Part shown: positions 29,601 to 39,252 of the stretch, one piece after another
Layout: the number at the start of each line of letters is the position of its first letter
Position numbering within the stretch: the first letter of the stretch is position 1
DNA from: an uncultured Methanosarcinales archaeon
Lineage (GTDB): Archaea > Nanobdellota > Nanobdellia > Woesearchaeales > CAZPJY01
Assembly: GCA_964587045.1 (NCBI GenBank)
Contig: CAZPJY010000005.1
Span: 183-64,182 of the forward strand
DNA length: 64,000 bases
Reading direction: 5' to 3'
Notes under the pieces: model-generated
The model's database searches: none
What the model saw: only the letters and a program-made list of their open reading frames with translations
Told to the model about the DNA's origin: nothing
Translations under genes and position numbers: made by a program

Positions 29601-29807
29601 TTACCTGTCGGAGATGTGCACGTAGCATCCGTCCGGTTCCCAGTATTTGTCCAGCCTGGGTATTTGATGCATGCCCTTGCATCTTGAGACATAGAAAGGA
29701 CCTGGATCCCACCTGGTGGTCGGCTCAACTTTTATGTCAGAAACAGCTGCTGCCAGCCACCCGGCGGCGAGGATCGCTGCAAGGTGCCTGGCTCTCATCC
29801 TCACCAC
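29601..29807 (-). CDS. small secreted Cys-containing protein
   Basis: HLAAILAAGWLAAAVS signal-like; 68 aa. Confidence 0.3.
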   Translation of the reverse strand: MVRMRARHLAAILAAGWLAAAVSDIKVEPTTRWDPGPFYVSRCKGMHQIPRLDKYWEPDGCYVHISDR

Positions 29808-31054
29808 TTGAAGTTGGCGAGCGCGTACTCTTGGGTATTGTCCTCGATGTGCTGCCAGGGGTCCTCCTCTACCGCGAGGGCGACCTTTTCATTGGTGCCG
29901 GGCACTGTGCACGTGTCGCAGAATCCCTCTATCAGCGCTGGCGACTCGAGGATGTTGTACTGCGTGTTGCACTGAGGGCACTTGCCTGACAGGAGCTTCA
30001 CGTACTGGTCGAATATTGACAGCTTGTGGTCGATGACCTTGTTCCGGAGGAAGGCGTTCTTGAAACCCCACTTGGCCAGCTTGAAGACTTGGGCCTGGGA
30101 GAATCCGAGGTGCCTCATCAGTATCATGTACTCCTTGGTCATGCTGGTGTCTGACACGGTCCGGTTGTCCGTGTTGATGTTGAGGCGCAGGTTGTATTCG
30201 AAGTACTGCCTGACAGGATGCGTATCATAGGTGTCGACCACGCCGGTGTCGACGTTGCTGCTGATGCAGATTTCCAAGGGCTTCCTTATCTCGTCGAGGT
30301 AGTCGAAAATGTTGTCGCCCTGCGTCAGCGCCCTGCCGTGGCCGATGCGGTCAGCCCTCAGGTGGCGGACCGCCTTGTCTATGCTCTCGACCCCTCCCTC
30401 CTCGCCCGCGTGGATGGTTATGGGCATCCAGCAGTCGAAGACTGGCTCGATGTCTTCCTTGTAGTTCTTGTGGTCGGTGCCCTTCTCCTGCCCCGCCAGG
30501 TCGAAGCCAACGACGCCGCGTCCGCGGTAGAGCGCGGCGGCTTCGGCTGCGCGTCTTATCAGCTCGGGGTGGTTCCTGTGTCCGCATATGATGAGGCCTG
30601 TGATGACGCCGAAGTTCCTTGCCGCGTCCTTCAGTCCTGCGAGAGACGGCTCGATTATCTGGTGCATCTTGAGCCCGTGCGTGAGGTAGTTGGTTGGGGC
30701 GAAGCGAAGCTCCATTATCTCGACCCGCTCGTTCCACGCGTCCTCGACTATCTCATATGCGACGCGGTAGAAAGCCTCAGGCGTCCGTAGGACTGATTCG
30801 GTCAGGTCGAATAGCTTGAGGTAGTTTTCGAGCGACTTGTTCTCCTGGTGCTTGAACTGGATGTGCTCGAGAATCTCGTTTTCGTCATATGTGGGTAGCT
30901 TGATCTTGTAGTCCTTGGCGAGCTCGACTAGTGTGCCCGGCCGGATGGACCCGCCCATGTGGCAGTGTAGGTCTGTCTTGGGCATCTCCTGCAGCCACTT
31001 GGGCACTTCGTATTCCTTGTCATCTATCGTGACGCTTCGGATGAGGTTTCTCAT
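29801..31054 (-). CDS. add: adenosine/AMP deaminase-family protein with C-terminal Cys4 zinc-ribbon
   Basis: DLHCHMGGS (HxH), ITIHAGE, NINTDN (SLNTDD-like); C-terminal CPQCN...CDTC. Confidence 0.7.
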   Translation of the reverse strand: MRNLIRSVTIDDKEYEVPKWLQEMPKTDLHCHMGGSIRPGTLVELAKDYKIKLPTYDENEILEHIQFKHQENKSLENYLKLFDLTESVLRTPEAFYRVAYEIVEDAWNERVEIMELRFAPTNYLTHGLKMHQIIEPSLAGLKDAARNFGVITGLIICGHRNHPELIRRAAEAAALYRGRGVVGFDLAGQEKGTDHKNYKEDIEPVFDCWMPITIHAGEEGGVESIDKAVRHLRADRIGHGRALTQGDNIFDYLDEIRKPLEICISSNVDTGVVDTYDTHPVRQYFEYNLRLNINTDNRTVSDTSMTKEYMILMRHLGFSQAQVFKLAKWGFKNAFLRNKVIDHKLSIFDQYVKLLSGKCPQCNTQYNILESPALIEGFCDTCTVPGTNEKVALAVEEDPWQHIEDNTQEYALANFKW

Positions 31055-31126
31055 AGGGGCAGAGTTTCATGAGGTATATAAAAACTTAGTGGTTGTTACT
31101 ATTATTAAGTGGTAAAAAATCGAAAG

Positions 31127-31134
31127 ATTTAAAT
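31127..31134 (+). promoter_or_regulatory. TATA box (tttaaata) ~30 nt upstream of ATG 31158
   Basis: read directly. Confidence 0.35.
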
Positions 31135-31157
31135 ACTGGACTCTGTTCGAAGGCTGT

Positions 31158-32381
31158 ATGGGAAGCCTACTTAGAAAGCTCCTCAAAGGCACAGCATACG
31201 CCCTGGGAGGCCTCATGCTATGGTCTGCGGCCAATATGGGTTTCAATAACACGTTACAAACCTACTACAGTCTCAAGCCAGACCAGACCCGTGAGAGTTA
31301 CAAGCAGAGATACGGCCATTCCATCAGCGGCTACGAACCGTATCTGGGCAAGGACCGCTGGGAGGTCCCAAACATAGTAAGCATTATCGAACGCGAAAGC
31401 CTGGAGGGCGGGCTGAATCTCAAATCCCTCCGTTATGAGCCCAGCAACTTCTTGAAGAAGAATTTATTGGAGCAGCTCTCATTCATTTTTACCGGTGGTT
31501 ACGAAGGTTACGCGATAGGTAGTCACATCACCCTAACAGAGGACGCAAGTTACGAGACCGTAACCCATGAGCTCAAGCACAACAAGACCTACCAAGTCCT
31601 CAAGCAGCATCCTGAATTCAAGGAGAGGTGGGAGAGAATCGCACAGGACTCCACCGGAAAGACAGGTTACGTCCCATGGGTCAAATACGGACTCTCCAAC
31701 CTGAGGCTGGTCGGAAACCTTTTCTGCAATTCCAAAGGAGCATCCTTTAAGGATGGGTACGTCAGCGGGTACGCGCGGACGAACTTCTACGAGGATGTCG
31801 CAGAACTCGCGACCGAAATAGAAGACCATAGGATTATGGGCTGGTTCCAGTTTGAATTCTTCTCATTCGTGATGGATTCAAGCGACAGCAACTCCAAGCT
31901 CCGGGCCAAGATGGACCTCCTCATTGAGTACGGACTAGTGCCTCCTGAGACCTTCGAGTTCTACCAGATCAAGCAGACCTTCTGGGATGGCATCGAAATG
32001 CGCAGCGTCAGCAGGGAGAAAGGAGAACGCTTTTTGAAGGAGAGCGAAGAGTTCCTGGAAAAGCACCCCCGCAGCACCTTCGCCCAGACCGTGCACTCAG
32101 GAAGGGCGTGGGTGATCTCCGAGCTATTGATCGGCGAAAACCCTTACCAAGACGCGCTCGAGGAGTGCAAGAAGGCCGTCAAATACCCTGTCGCCGACAT
32201 AACAGAATACCCTTGCATTCTAGACCGGATGCATGACCTGTACCTTCGATTGGGCGATCCCGAAAAAGCGGGTGTCATGAAAGAGGCGATTAAGAGATAT
32301 GAAAACATGGACGATAAGGTGGAGATGGTGACAGACGGGGCCAACCGATTCCTCGCCGAGAAGGGAATACTGGAGAGATAA
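31158..32381 (+). CDS. membrane-anchored HExxH protein (putative zinc metallopeptidase-like), paralogue 1
   Basis: N-terminal TM; THELKHNKTYQVLKQHPEFKERW; C-terminal ...FLAEKGILER. Confidence 0.5.
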   Translation: MGSLLRKLLKGTAYALGGLMLWSAANMGFNNTLQTYYSLKPDQTRESYKQRYGHSISGYEPYLGKDRWEVPNIVSIIERESLEGGLNLKSLRYEPSNFLKKNLLEQLSFIFTGGYEGYAIGSHITLTEDASYETVTHELKHNKTYQVLKQHPEFKERWERIAQDSTGKTGYVPWVKYGLSNLRLVGNLFCNSKGASFKDGYVSGYARTNFYEDVAELATEIEDHRIMGWFQFEFFSFVMDSSDSNSKLRAKMDLLIEYGLVPPETFEFYQIKQTFWDGIEMRSVSREKGERFLKESEEFLEKHPRSTFAQTVHSGRAWVISELLIGENPYQDALEECKKAVKYPVADITEYPCILDRMHDLYLRLGDPEKAGVMKEAIKRYENMDDKVEMVTDGANRFLAEKGILER

Positions 32382-33616
32382 TGATGGGGACTGTATTTAA
32401 GGTATTGGATAAAACGCTAACCGCTGTAGTTGGCGCAGGCATGACCATCAGTTTGATAGGCAGCATAAACTATTATGTCAACACCGGCCACGAGTCTGCC
32501 ATGCGAACCGAGTACGAAAGGAGGCTCAAAACCAAGGTGGAGGCGTATGAGGAGCACTTCGAGGGCGATAAGTACAACCTAATAACCCTGACCAATGTGA
32601 TCGCCGAAGAGCAGCTCGAGCGGCCATTCGAACTCGAGCTTAGGTTGATCCCTGACGATTTCCTAAAAGCTCACGTCATCGACCAGTTGGACAAAATAAT
32701 CGGAACGAAAAAATCAGGGACGTATAATGGAGGCAACCACGTAGCCATGCCCCAAGATGTCTTCATGTCAGCCCTTCACCACGAGATAAAGCACCTGAAG
32801 ACCAAACAGGTGGTAAAAGAGCATCCCGAATTCAAGGAGAGATGGTTGGAGCTCACTGTCGACGAAGATGGCAAGTCGCTCTACTACGGGGATGGCTACA
32901 ACTTCAAGCAAAAATTCGTTTTCCTGCATAAGTTTCGGGAGGATTATGATTATGAAAAGAACCTGGAGCTGGGTTTCACATCTGACCATGGCAGGGAAAT
33001 ATTCGATGAGGATGTCGCAGAATTATGCGAAGATATAGAAACGAGTTTTTGGGTCACTACTGAACTGCCCTTTGACGATTTCCTTACAGATTCGACCAAG
33101 GACACGAGGAGGATAAGGCAAAAAATCGGGCTGGCTGAGGAATACGGCCTCGTTCCCAGCGGCTTTATTGAGTATGTGAACCTCAAGAAGCAAACCTCCG
33201 CCATATGGGAGGTTCCTGATTGGAAACCCAATCTCAAAAATTCCCGAGCCGAGCGGTACTTGGAGATGACCGACAAATTCATCAGCGAACATCCGCAGAA
33301 CCCCTACTTAAACGAGCTGAGGATGAGACGCGCTACAGTGCACTTCAACCTTGAGATATACGACAAAGCGGAAAGATACATCAAGGCCATACGCGAATAT
33401 GAGGCATGCCTGACCAGTCCGTACAAAAACTATGAAATTATGCAGTCTGTGTTGCACGAACTCTCGAAGTCCTACATGTACCTTGGCGACGAACGGAAGT
33501 CGGAGATCTACAATGAGGCGGCAAACATGTATGACACCTATGACAATATACTCAAACTTGTGCTGGACGGTCCGCTGCCTTTCCTCGCCGAGAAGGGCAT
33601 AGTGCTCGAAAGATAA
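32381..33616 (+). CDS. membrane-anchored HExxH protein, paralogue 2 (tandem duplicate)
   Basis: HHEIKHLKTKQVVKEHPEFKERW; same C-terminal ...FLAEKGIVLER; TAATG overlap with paralogue 1. Confidence 0.5.
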   Translation: MMGTVFKVLDKTLTAVVGAGMTISLIGSINYYVNTGHESAMRTEYERRLKTKVEAYEEHFEGDKYNLITLTNVIAEEQLERPFELELRLIPDDFLKAHVIDQLDKIIGTKKSGTYNGGNHVAMPQDVFMSALHHEIKHLKTKQVVKEHPEFKERWLELTVDEDGKSLYYGDGYNFKQKFVFLHKFREDYDYEKNLELGFTSDHGREIFDEDVAELCEDIETSFWVTTELPFDDFLTDSTKDTRRIRQKIGLAEEYGLVPSGFIEYVNLKKQTSAIWEVPDWKPNLKNSRAERYLEMTDKFISEHPQNPYLNELRMRRATVHFNLEIYDKAERYIKAIREYEACLTSPYKNYEIMQSVLHELSKSYMYLGDERKSEIYNEAANMYDTYDNILKLVLDGPLPFLAEKGIVLER

Positions 33617-33662
33617 CTTTAAATTCAAGCGCTGCTTCGCAATGCCTACAGGAGGTGCTCGC

Positions 33663-34649
33663 ATGCTCGTTATGGTAACTGGAATCTCAGGCTCCGGGAG
33701 GAAGGAGTACATCGAAAAGGTCGTCAAGTTCGCGCGGCGCAAGAAGAAATCCATACAGGTCTTCAACATCGGGGAGATGATCCTCGAACATGCCCAGAGG
33801 ATGGACATGAACATCACCAAGGAAAACATCCTCAACACCTCGCCCTACACCTTGAAGGCCCTGCGCAGCGCAGTGTTCGAGAGGATAGTCGGAGAGGTTA
33901 AGCGCCACAAGAACGTCATAATCGAGACTCACGGCACCTTCTACTGGAAGAAGATCTTCTCAAACGCGTACGACTGGGAATACCTGCAGAAGCTCAAGCC
34001 AGACATGTTCGTCACCATAATAGGCAACGTCCCTGAGATGGCCGCGCGGCACAGGGCAAGCGACCAGTGGAGCGAAGCGGAGCTGTCTGAGGATGAGATA
34101 CTATTATGGCAGAACCTCGAGGTGAACACCGCGAAGGGATGGAGCGACCTGTTCGACTCCCCATCGTTCGCCTGCAGCGAAAGGCAGCCCCCATCTACCC
34201 TGTACAAGCTCATGTTCCACCCCGGAATGGAGCCTGTTTACGCATCCTTCCCCATGACACACCTCAAGAGGCCTGCTGACAAGAAGAGGATCGTTGAATT
34301 CGTGAGGAAGCTCAACGACTACTTCGTCGTCTTCGACCCTTCGACGATAGAGCTGGGCCCGGTGACCTCCGAGGTCGACGCTTTCCAGTGCGTGAACCGC
34401 GACCTGTACTGGCTGGTCGACCAGAGCAAGAAGGTCATTGCCCTCTTCCCGGAGGTCGTGATGAGCACCGGTGTGATCAACGAGCTCCGCGAGGCGTTCG
34501 AGACCAACCGTGAGGTTTGGCTGATATACCCCAAGAAGGGCATAAGCCCGTTCACCTCCTATTTCTCTCACAGGATGTTCTATAGCGAAAAGGAGTTCTG
34601 GGACTTCATCAGGAAGAAGGGCTACAGGAAGGTCAAGGGAGCTAACTAA
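33663..34649 (+). CDS. P-loop NTPase/kinase-like protein with unusual GSGRK Walker A
   Basis: MLVMVTGISGSGRKEY; start moved to ATG 6 nt after AGGAGGTG SD. Confidence 0.45.
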   Translation: MLVMVTGISGSGRKEYIEKVVKFARRKKKSIQVFNIGEMILEHAQRMDMNITKENILNTSPYTLKALRSAVFERIVGEVKRHKNVIIETHGTFYWKKIFSNAYDWEYLQKLKPDMFVTIIGNVPEMAARHRASDQWSEAELSEDEILLWQNLEVNTAKGWSDLFDSPSFACSERQPPSTLYKLMFHPGMEPVYASFPMTHLKRPADKKRIVEFVRKLNDYFVVFDPSTIELGPVTSEVDAFQCVNRDLYWLVDQSKKVIALFPEVVMSTGVINELREAFETNREVWLIYPKKGISPFTSYFSHRMFYSEKEFWDFIRKKGYRKVKGAN

Positions 34650-34752
34650 AATTTTACTCCTGTTCTTGCCTTCCAATCCCATCTCATGCAATTAGTCCAA
34701 AACGGCCCATTTTATCATTAACTATTTATACTCTCAAATCAGGTTAAGTTGC

Positions 34753-35820
34753 ATGTTCACCTTCAGCAGCTACCTGCAGGGGGTAAGGAAGGGATTCGAA
34801 GCCCTCGGCAAGGAAGCTGACAACCTCTACGAGCAGAAGTCATTGCTCGAGAAGAAGGGGAGCGTCGAGGAGCTCGAGAATCTGGTTTTCCAAAAGGAGC
34901 TTCCAATGCTTTCCAAAGCCCTCGAGGAGGTGGACAGGATCCTGCTGCACAAGGAGCGCATCCTCCAAACTGCAGGGGAGAATAGGGCCCAGGCCCAGTC
35001 CCTCCTCGGAAGGCTCGAGAGGTCCAAGCACCCCCTCATCGCGCTGCAGACCAACGCGCGCCACCAGGCCGACGCTCTTTCTGAAAATGACATGGAAAGG
35101 TACGCCCGCTACGCGGGAGAGGCTGCGTCGCTCCAGTCTGCTATCAAGGGTGACGGCAAGGCACGGAGCGGGGTTTCAAGAGTGGTCATAACAGCCCTTT
35201 TTTTGATGTCACTCGTGGTCTCGCCGCCGCCAATAAAACCTGGTGGTCATGAGGTCGGGTCAAAGGTCGAGAATGTGGAGTGCCTGGAACTGGAGAATTT
35301 CAATTCCCTCAAGTCCAGGCTTGAGAGGTCGGACGAGTGGTTCAACTCGCATGTGAAGGGCATGTCCGACAGCATAGTCGAGAACCGGATGAACATGCTG
35401 CACAACGAGGAGCTTATGAGGAGGTACACGCAGCAGCGGGTTTCAGTCATCCTCGACTGGATACGTCACGCCTACCCCTACTCAACCTACAAGATAATCT
35501 ACCCGCGTTCCAACGAATTTCGGAAGATCGAGCTTGCTCTCGTAGGGAAGGGCTCTGAAATAGAGACCGTCAAGCGCCAATTGGGCCTGGCCAAGCCCAA
35601 AAAGATTGTGGGCCTCGCTGTGCACGGCGAATCTGACAAAGGCAAGCAGGTCCAGCTGGCAACCCTATTATCGCCGGCTGAGATATCCGAGGAAAAGTGC
35701 CATTACTTCGGCATACCTCGAGGGGAGAATGTCCACTTCGTGATATCGTGGACCTCAGTGCAGCGCGGCCTGGTCTCCAACGAGGCTCTGATCGTCATCG
35801 CTCCCCGGGAATCCAGCTGA
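34753..35820 (+). CDS. hypothetical protein with central TM segment
   Basis: 355 aa; VVITALFLMSLVVSPPP; TATA ctatttatac at ~-25. Confidence 0.45.
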   Translation: MFTFSSYLQGVRKGFEALGKEADNLYEQKSLLEKKGSVEELENLVFQKELPMLSKALEEVDRILLHKERILQTAGENRAQAQSLLGRLERSKHPLIALQTNARHQADALSENDMERYARYAGEAASLQSAIKGDGKARSGVSRVVITALFLMSLVVSPPPIKPGGHEVGSKVENVECLELENFNSLKSRLERSDEWFNSHVKGMSDSIVENRMNMLHNEELMRRYTQQRVSVILDWIRHAYPYSTYKIIYPRSNEFRKIELALVGKGSEIETVKRQLGLAKPKKIVGLAVHGESDKGKQVQLATLLSPAEISEEKCHYFGIPRGENVHFVISWTSVQRGLVSNEALIVIAPRESS

Positions 35821-36559
35821 GGTGGTTGCCCTCGACCTCTTTGCGGGGAATCAGCTCTGCAGGGTATTTCATCCTGATGCCCTTGAGGTATTGTGCCTCT
35901 GACTCGCCGGCGACGTAGTGCGTGGCGCGTATCACAGAGTTCATCCAGTCGAACCTCGCCTCCCTTCCCGGCGACAATCTCGCCTTGTCAGGCCTTTCGG
36001 GCACGGGTCCCAAGTCGATGTAGGATCCCCCTCCCTTGTGCAGCCTGAGCCGTCCTTCGTGGATCCCAGCCCTGACTTTCACCCCTTCGTGCTCTGTGTC
36101 ATAGAAGTAGCCGTCGCCCGAGACTTCCGCCCTCCTCCTGAAGCCCGGGTCTGCGCTGCGCATCACCTTGATGCCTTCGAGCAGGCCCAGCTCCCTGTAC
36201 ATGTGCAGGCAGAATGGACCTGCCTTCTTTTCTGGATTGCTGTCCCACGCGTCGAGGACCTGCTCTGGCACCAGTTTCGATATCTTTTGCCTGATGTCCG
36301 CCATGCAGCCAGGCATCATCTCCTTGTCGGCCAGCGGCGTCCACTTCCTCTGCGCCTTGCCCTCGTAGCAGAAGTTGAACACCTTGCCTTTGAGGTTGAC
36401 CTGCGTCTCTCGGTGGTCAGCGTCTGAGTCGTGCCAAAACAGCACTATCTCACCGCCGACATCCTTTTGCAGCTGTCTTGCGGTCTCAATCTTCGCTACG
36501 AAGAACTTCTTGGGAAGGAAGCCGTTGGGCTGCTGTCCCAGGGCTATTATGGGAGGCAT
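35795..36559 (-). CDS. hypothetical protein
   Basis: 254-aa ORF, balanced composition. Confidence 0.45.
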   Translation of the reverse strand: MPPIIALGQQPNGFLPKKFFVAKIETARQLQKDVGGEIVLFWHDSDADHRETQVNLKGKVFNFCYEGKAQRKWTPLADKEMMPGCMADIRQKISKLVPEQVLDAWDSNPEKKAGPFCLHMYRELGLLEGIKVMRSADPGFRRRAEVSGDGYFYDTEHEGVKVRAGIHEGRLRLHKGGGSYIDLGPVPERPDKARLSPGREARFDWMNSVIRATHYVAGESEAQYLKGIRMKYPAELIPRKEVEGNHLSWIPGER

Positions 36560-36603
36560 CGGATATGGGGAGGTGAGTGGCTATTAAAAATTGGCGTTTT
36601 TTC

Positions 36604-37224
36604 TCACTTGAGCACGTCCCCGGCGCGCATGTACCACAGGTAGAAGTCGAGCTCGCCCTGCCGCATCTTCAGCATGTCAGCGAGCTTCTGCAGCCTGGCC
36701 TCGTACTCAAGGTAGGTCTTGGGCGTGAGGCTCTTAGGCACCTCGGGGATCATGCCGTTATCTGCCATTATCCGGAGCACGTGCCTGTCCAGAATGGCCT
36801 TGCTGAAGTCGCCAGTGTTCCTGAGGAAGTGCGATGCCTCCTTGTAGCCCACTCCCTTGACGTTATCGACCAGCCATCTGCGAGGGTCGCTCTCCCTTGC
36901 GAGTATCGATTTGATGTCGCCGTGGGCCCTCGCCTCCACTATGAAACTGGCCTTGTTGTTGTGGAAGCGGTGGTTCCTCGCCCTTATGGCCCTGACAATC
37001 CTCGCTTGAGGCCATGTCAGGAGGCCCTCTGCACCGATGTCCTGCTGGATCTGGAAAGCGACGTGCCCTTTGGCGTTGGCTGCAAGGATGCAGAATGAGA
37101 GCTCAGAGAACCAGTCCTGCCACGGGCGGCCCTTGAAACGGGAGAACTCCTCGAGCCTGGCCTGCACCCTGCGTCCGACATCGCCGCTCTGCAGGTCCCT
37201 TATCGTCTTGGCTAGATCCTCCAT
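36604..37224 (-). CDS. HhH-GPD N-glycosylase/DNA lyase (Ogg2-like 8-oxoguanine glycosylase)
   Basis: VKGVGYKEASHFLRNTG helix-hairpin-helix Gly/Pro motif followed by Asp; ~206 aa as archaeal Ogg2. Confidence 0.6.
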   Translation of the reverse strand: MEDLAKTIRDLQSGDVGRRVQARLEEFSRFKGRPWQDWFSELSFCILAANAKGHVAFQIQQDIGAEGLLTWPQARIVRAIRARNHRFHNNKASFIVEARAHGDIKSILARESDPRRWLVDNVKGVGYKEASHFLRNTGDFSKAILDRHVLRIMADNGMIPEVPKSLTPKTYLEYEARLQKLADMLKMRQGELDFYLWYMRAGDVLK

Positions 37225-37297
37225 GCGTCGGTGGAATGAGGCCTTGTTTTAATAACTTATCATAACCTATTTATACTGGTCCGACCCACAAGAGAAC

Positions 37298-37501
37298 ATG
37301 GACAAGCTCGACAGGATTGCATCTGTGATCCACAAGGAGTGGATCGAATGGAGCAGGGAGACCGCGCACCGCGAAAGGATTTCTGAGGCGACCTTGAGGC
37401 GGTGGAAGAGCAGGTGGATCCCTTTCGAGCATCTGCCTGACAAGGAGAAGGAACGCGACCGGATATGGGCGAGGCGCATCCTACAGCTGGTGAGAGAATG
37501 A
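37298..37501 (+). CDS. small hypothetical protein
   Basis: 67 aa; ATGA overlap with macro-domain gene; TATA ctatttatact upstream. Confidence 0.4.
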   Translation: MDKLDRIASVIHKEWIEWSRETAHRERISEATLRRWKSRWIPFEHLPDKEKERDRIWARRILQLVRE

Positions 37502-38007
37502 GGCTGAAAGTTCTGCATGGCAACATCGCCGAACAGGACACGGACGCGATAGTCAATGCCGCCAACCGCTCCCTCATGGGGGGCGGAGGGGTCGACGGGG
37601 CTGTCCACCGCGCCGCCGGTCCTGGGCTGCTCGAGGAGTGCGGCCGGATCCGCAAGACCAGATATCCCAAGGGCCTTCCCACAGGCAAGGCTGTCATCAC
37701 AGACGGTCACAGGCTCAAGGCCAGGTACGTGATACACACTGTCGGGCCGGTTTACTCCGGGGCGGAGGACCGCTCCCACCTGTTGAGGGACTGCTTTTGG
37801 AACTCCCTCGAGTTGGCTGAGGAGAACAAGCTCGGGTCGGTGTCGTTCCCGGCCATCTCCACAGGGGCATTCGGGTATCCCAAGGCAGAGGTCGCGGCGG
37901 TCATGAAGGAGGTCTTCTCATCCTTCCCCTTCAACTGCGTTAAGGAGGTCAGGGTGGTGCTCTTCTCAAGGGAGGACCAGGAGCTCTTCAAGGAGCTGCT
38001 CTCCTGA
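37498..38007 (+). CDS. Macro-domain protein (ADP-ribose/O-acetyl-ADP-ribose processing, MacroD/YmdB-like)
   Basis: DTDAIVNAANRSLMGGGGVDGAVHRAAG...VIHTVGP...ISTGAFGYP; start at MRLKVLHG by codon arithmetic. Confidence 0.85.
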   Translation: MRLKVLHGNIAEQDTDAIVNAANRSLMGGGGVDGAVHRAAGPGLLEECGRIRKTRYPKGLPTGKAVITDGHRLKARYVIHTVGPVYSGAEDRSHLLRDCFWNSLELAEENKLGSVSFPAISTGAFGYPKAEVAAVMKEVFSSFPFNCVKEVRVVLFSREDQELFKELLS

Positions 38008-38012
38008 CCCGG

Positions 38013-38390
38013 TCAGACCCACTCATCCTTCGGGTACCTCCTCTCTATCATCCTGAGCAGGTCCTTTGCCCTTATTGGTCTGCCGTCGAGGAACCTGCGG
38101 ATGCGGAAGAACCTCGCGTACCTTCGCTCGTTTCTCCTCTCCAATTCGCCGTCCCTGCAGTAGTTTCTCGAGAGTTCCGGGTTGTGGTTGGGCGCATCCC
38201 TGTTGTAGGGGCAAGCGCCGCAGATGTCGTCGAGGCCTGACACGATACGGACTTCAGCTTCAGGCTCGCTTCGCAACCTGCTGACGACACCGTTCCACAT
38301 CTCCTCGTGGAAGCTGTCGTAGTGCCTGCTCAGGTTTCCTACCAGTCCCTCGGCGATTAGGTAGACATGGTGCGGCAATATCTTGAGCAT
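38013..38390 (-). CDS. hypothetical Cys-containing protein
   Basis: 125 aa; DICGACPY motif. Confidence 0.4.
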   Translation of the reverse strand: MLKILPHHVYLIAEGLVGNLSRHYDSFHEEMWNGVVSRLRSEPEAEVRIVSGLDDICGACPYNRDAPNHNPELSRNYCRDGELERRNERRYARFFRIRRFLDGRPIRAKDLLRMIERRYPKDEWV

Positions 38391-38457
38391 GCCATGCCAT
38401 GAGAAACGCTTTCTTTTAAGACTAATCTTTTTATAATACCGCCTCCACAGTCAATTT

Positions 38458-39252
38458 ATGGATGTCGCAGAGAGGAGGCGTTTCCTCGCCAAGCTGGAAG
38501 GGGACCTGAAGGCCCTGTACGGCCAGATGAGGACGCAGGACGGGGCGTCACTGCCGCCCATGCGGGCGCTTGCCCCAGTCTCGGACCCGGTCACTGAGAT
38601 CGCGAAGCCAGTATGCGACCTGATGGCGTCGGAGGCGGGTATTGAGAAGGAGGATGACGTGAAGGGCTACCTGGACGGACTGTTCAGGGAGCGATTCGAC
38701 GACGAGCCGCACATAGAGCTAAACCTTGATGTCGAGGGCAGGAGGGGCACGATGAAGGTGAACCCCTACGACCTGGACAATCTGGGTTGCTCTGACATCG
38801 AGGAGTACGCTGACAAGACCCAGATGCGCCTGCGCAGGGACTTCCGCGAAGAGATCAACACAGGAAGCGACGTCTCGGACACCGTCGACAGCTTCAAGCT
38901 CCACTACCTCTCGGACCTGGTCATAAAGGCCTTATGCCAGGCGGGCGCCGCGGCGAGATCCGACGGCGGGTACGACGATGGCAAGCTCAGATCGGTTTTT
39001 GCGGAGACCCTGGCCGGGCTGATGGACTCGCACTGCGAGGCGATCAAGACTATCTTCGAATACTCCGGTTTCCAGAACGTGTCGGTCGAGGACGAGCTGG
39101 GGCTTGGCAAGATCGGGGCTGAGGTCATCCTGAAGTATGAGACCTTCGGCGACCTCTTCGACAGGAGGTTCGAGGCGGCTGCCAGAAGCAGGATCGGAGC
39201 TGTCCTTAATGATGAGGGCATCACTGACCTTGTGAAGAAGTACCGACCGTGA
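38458..39252 (+). CDS. hypothetical acidic protein
   Basis: 264-aa ORF. Confidence 0.45.
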   Translation: MDVAERRRFLAKLEGDLKALYGQMRTQDGASLPPMRALAPVSDPVTEIAKPVCDLMASEAGIEKEDDVKGYLDGLFRERFDDEPHIELNLDVEGRRGTMKVNPYDLDNLGCSDIEEYADKTQMRLRRDFREEINTGSDVSDTVDSFKLHYLSDLVIKALCQAGAAARSDGGYDDGKLRSVFAETLAGLMDSHCEAIKTIFEYSGFQNVSVEDELGLGKIGAEVILKYETFGDLFDRRFEAAARSRIGAVLNDEGITDLVKKYRP

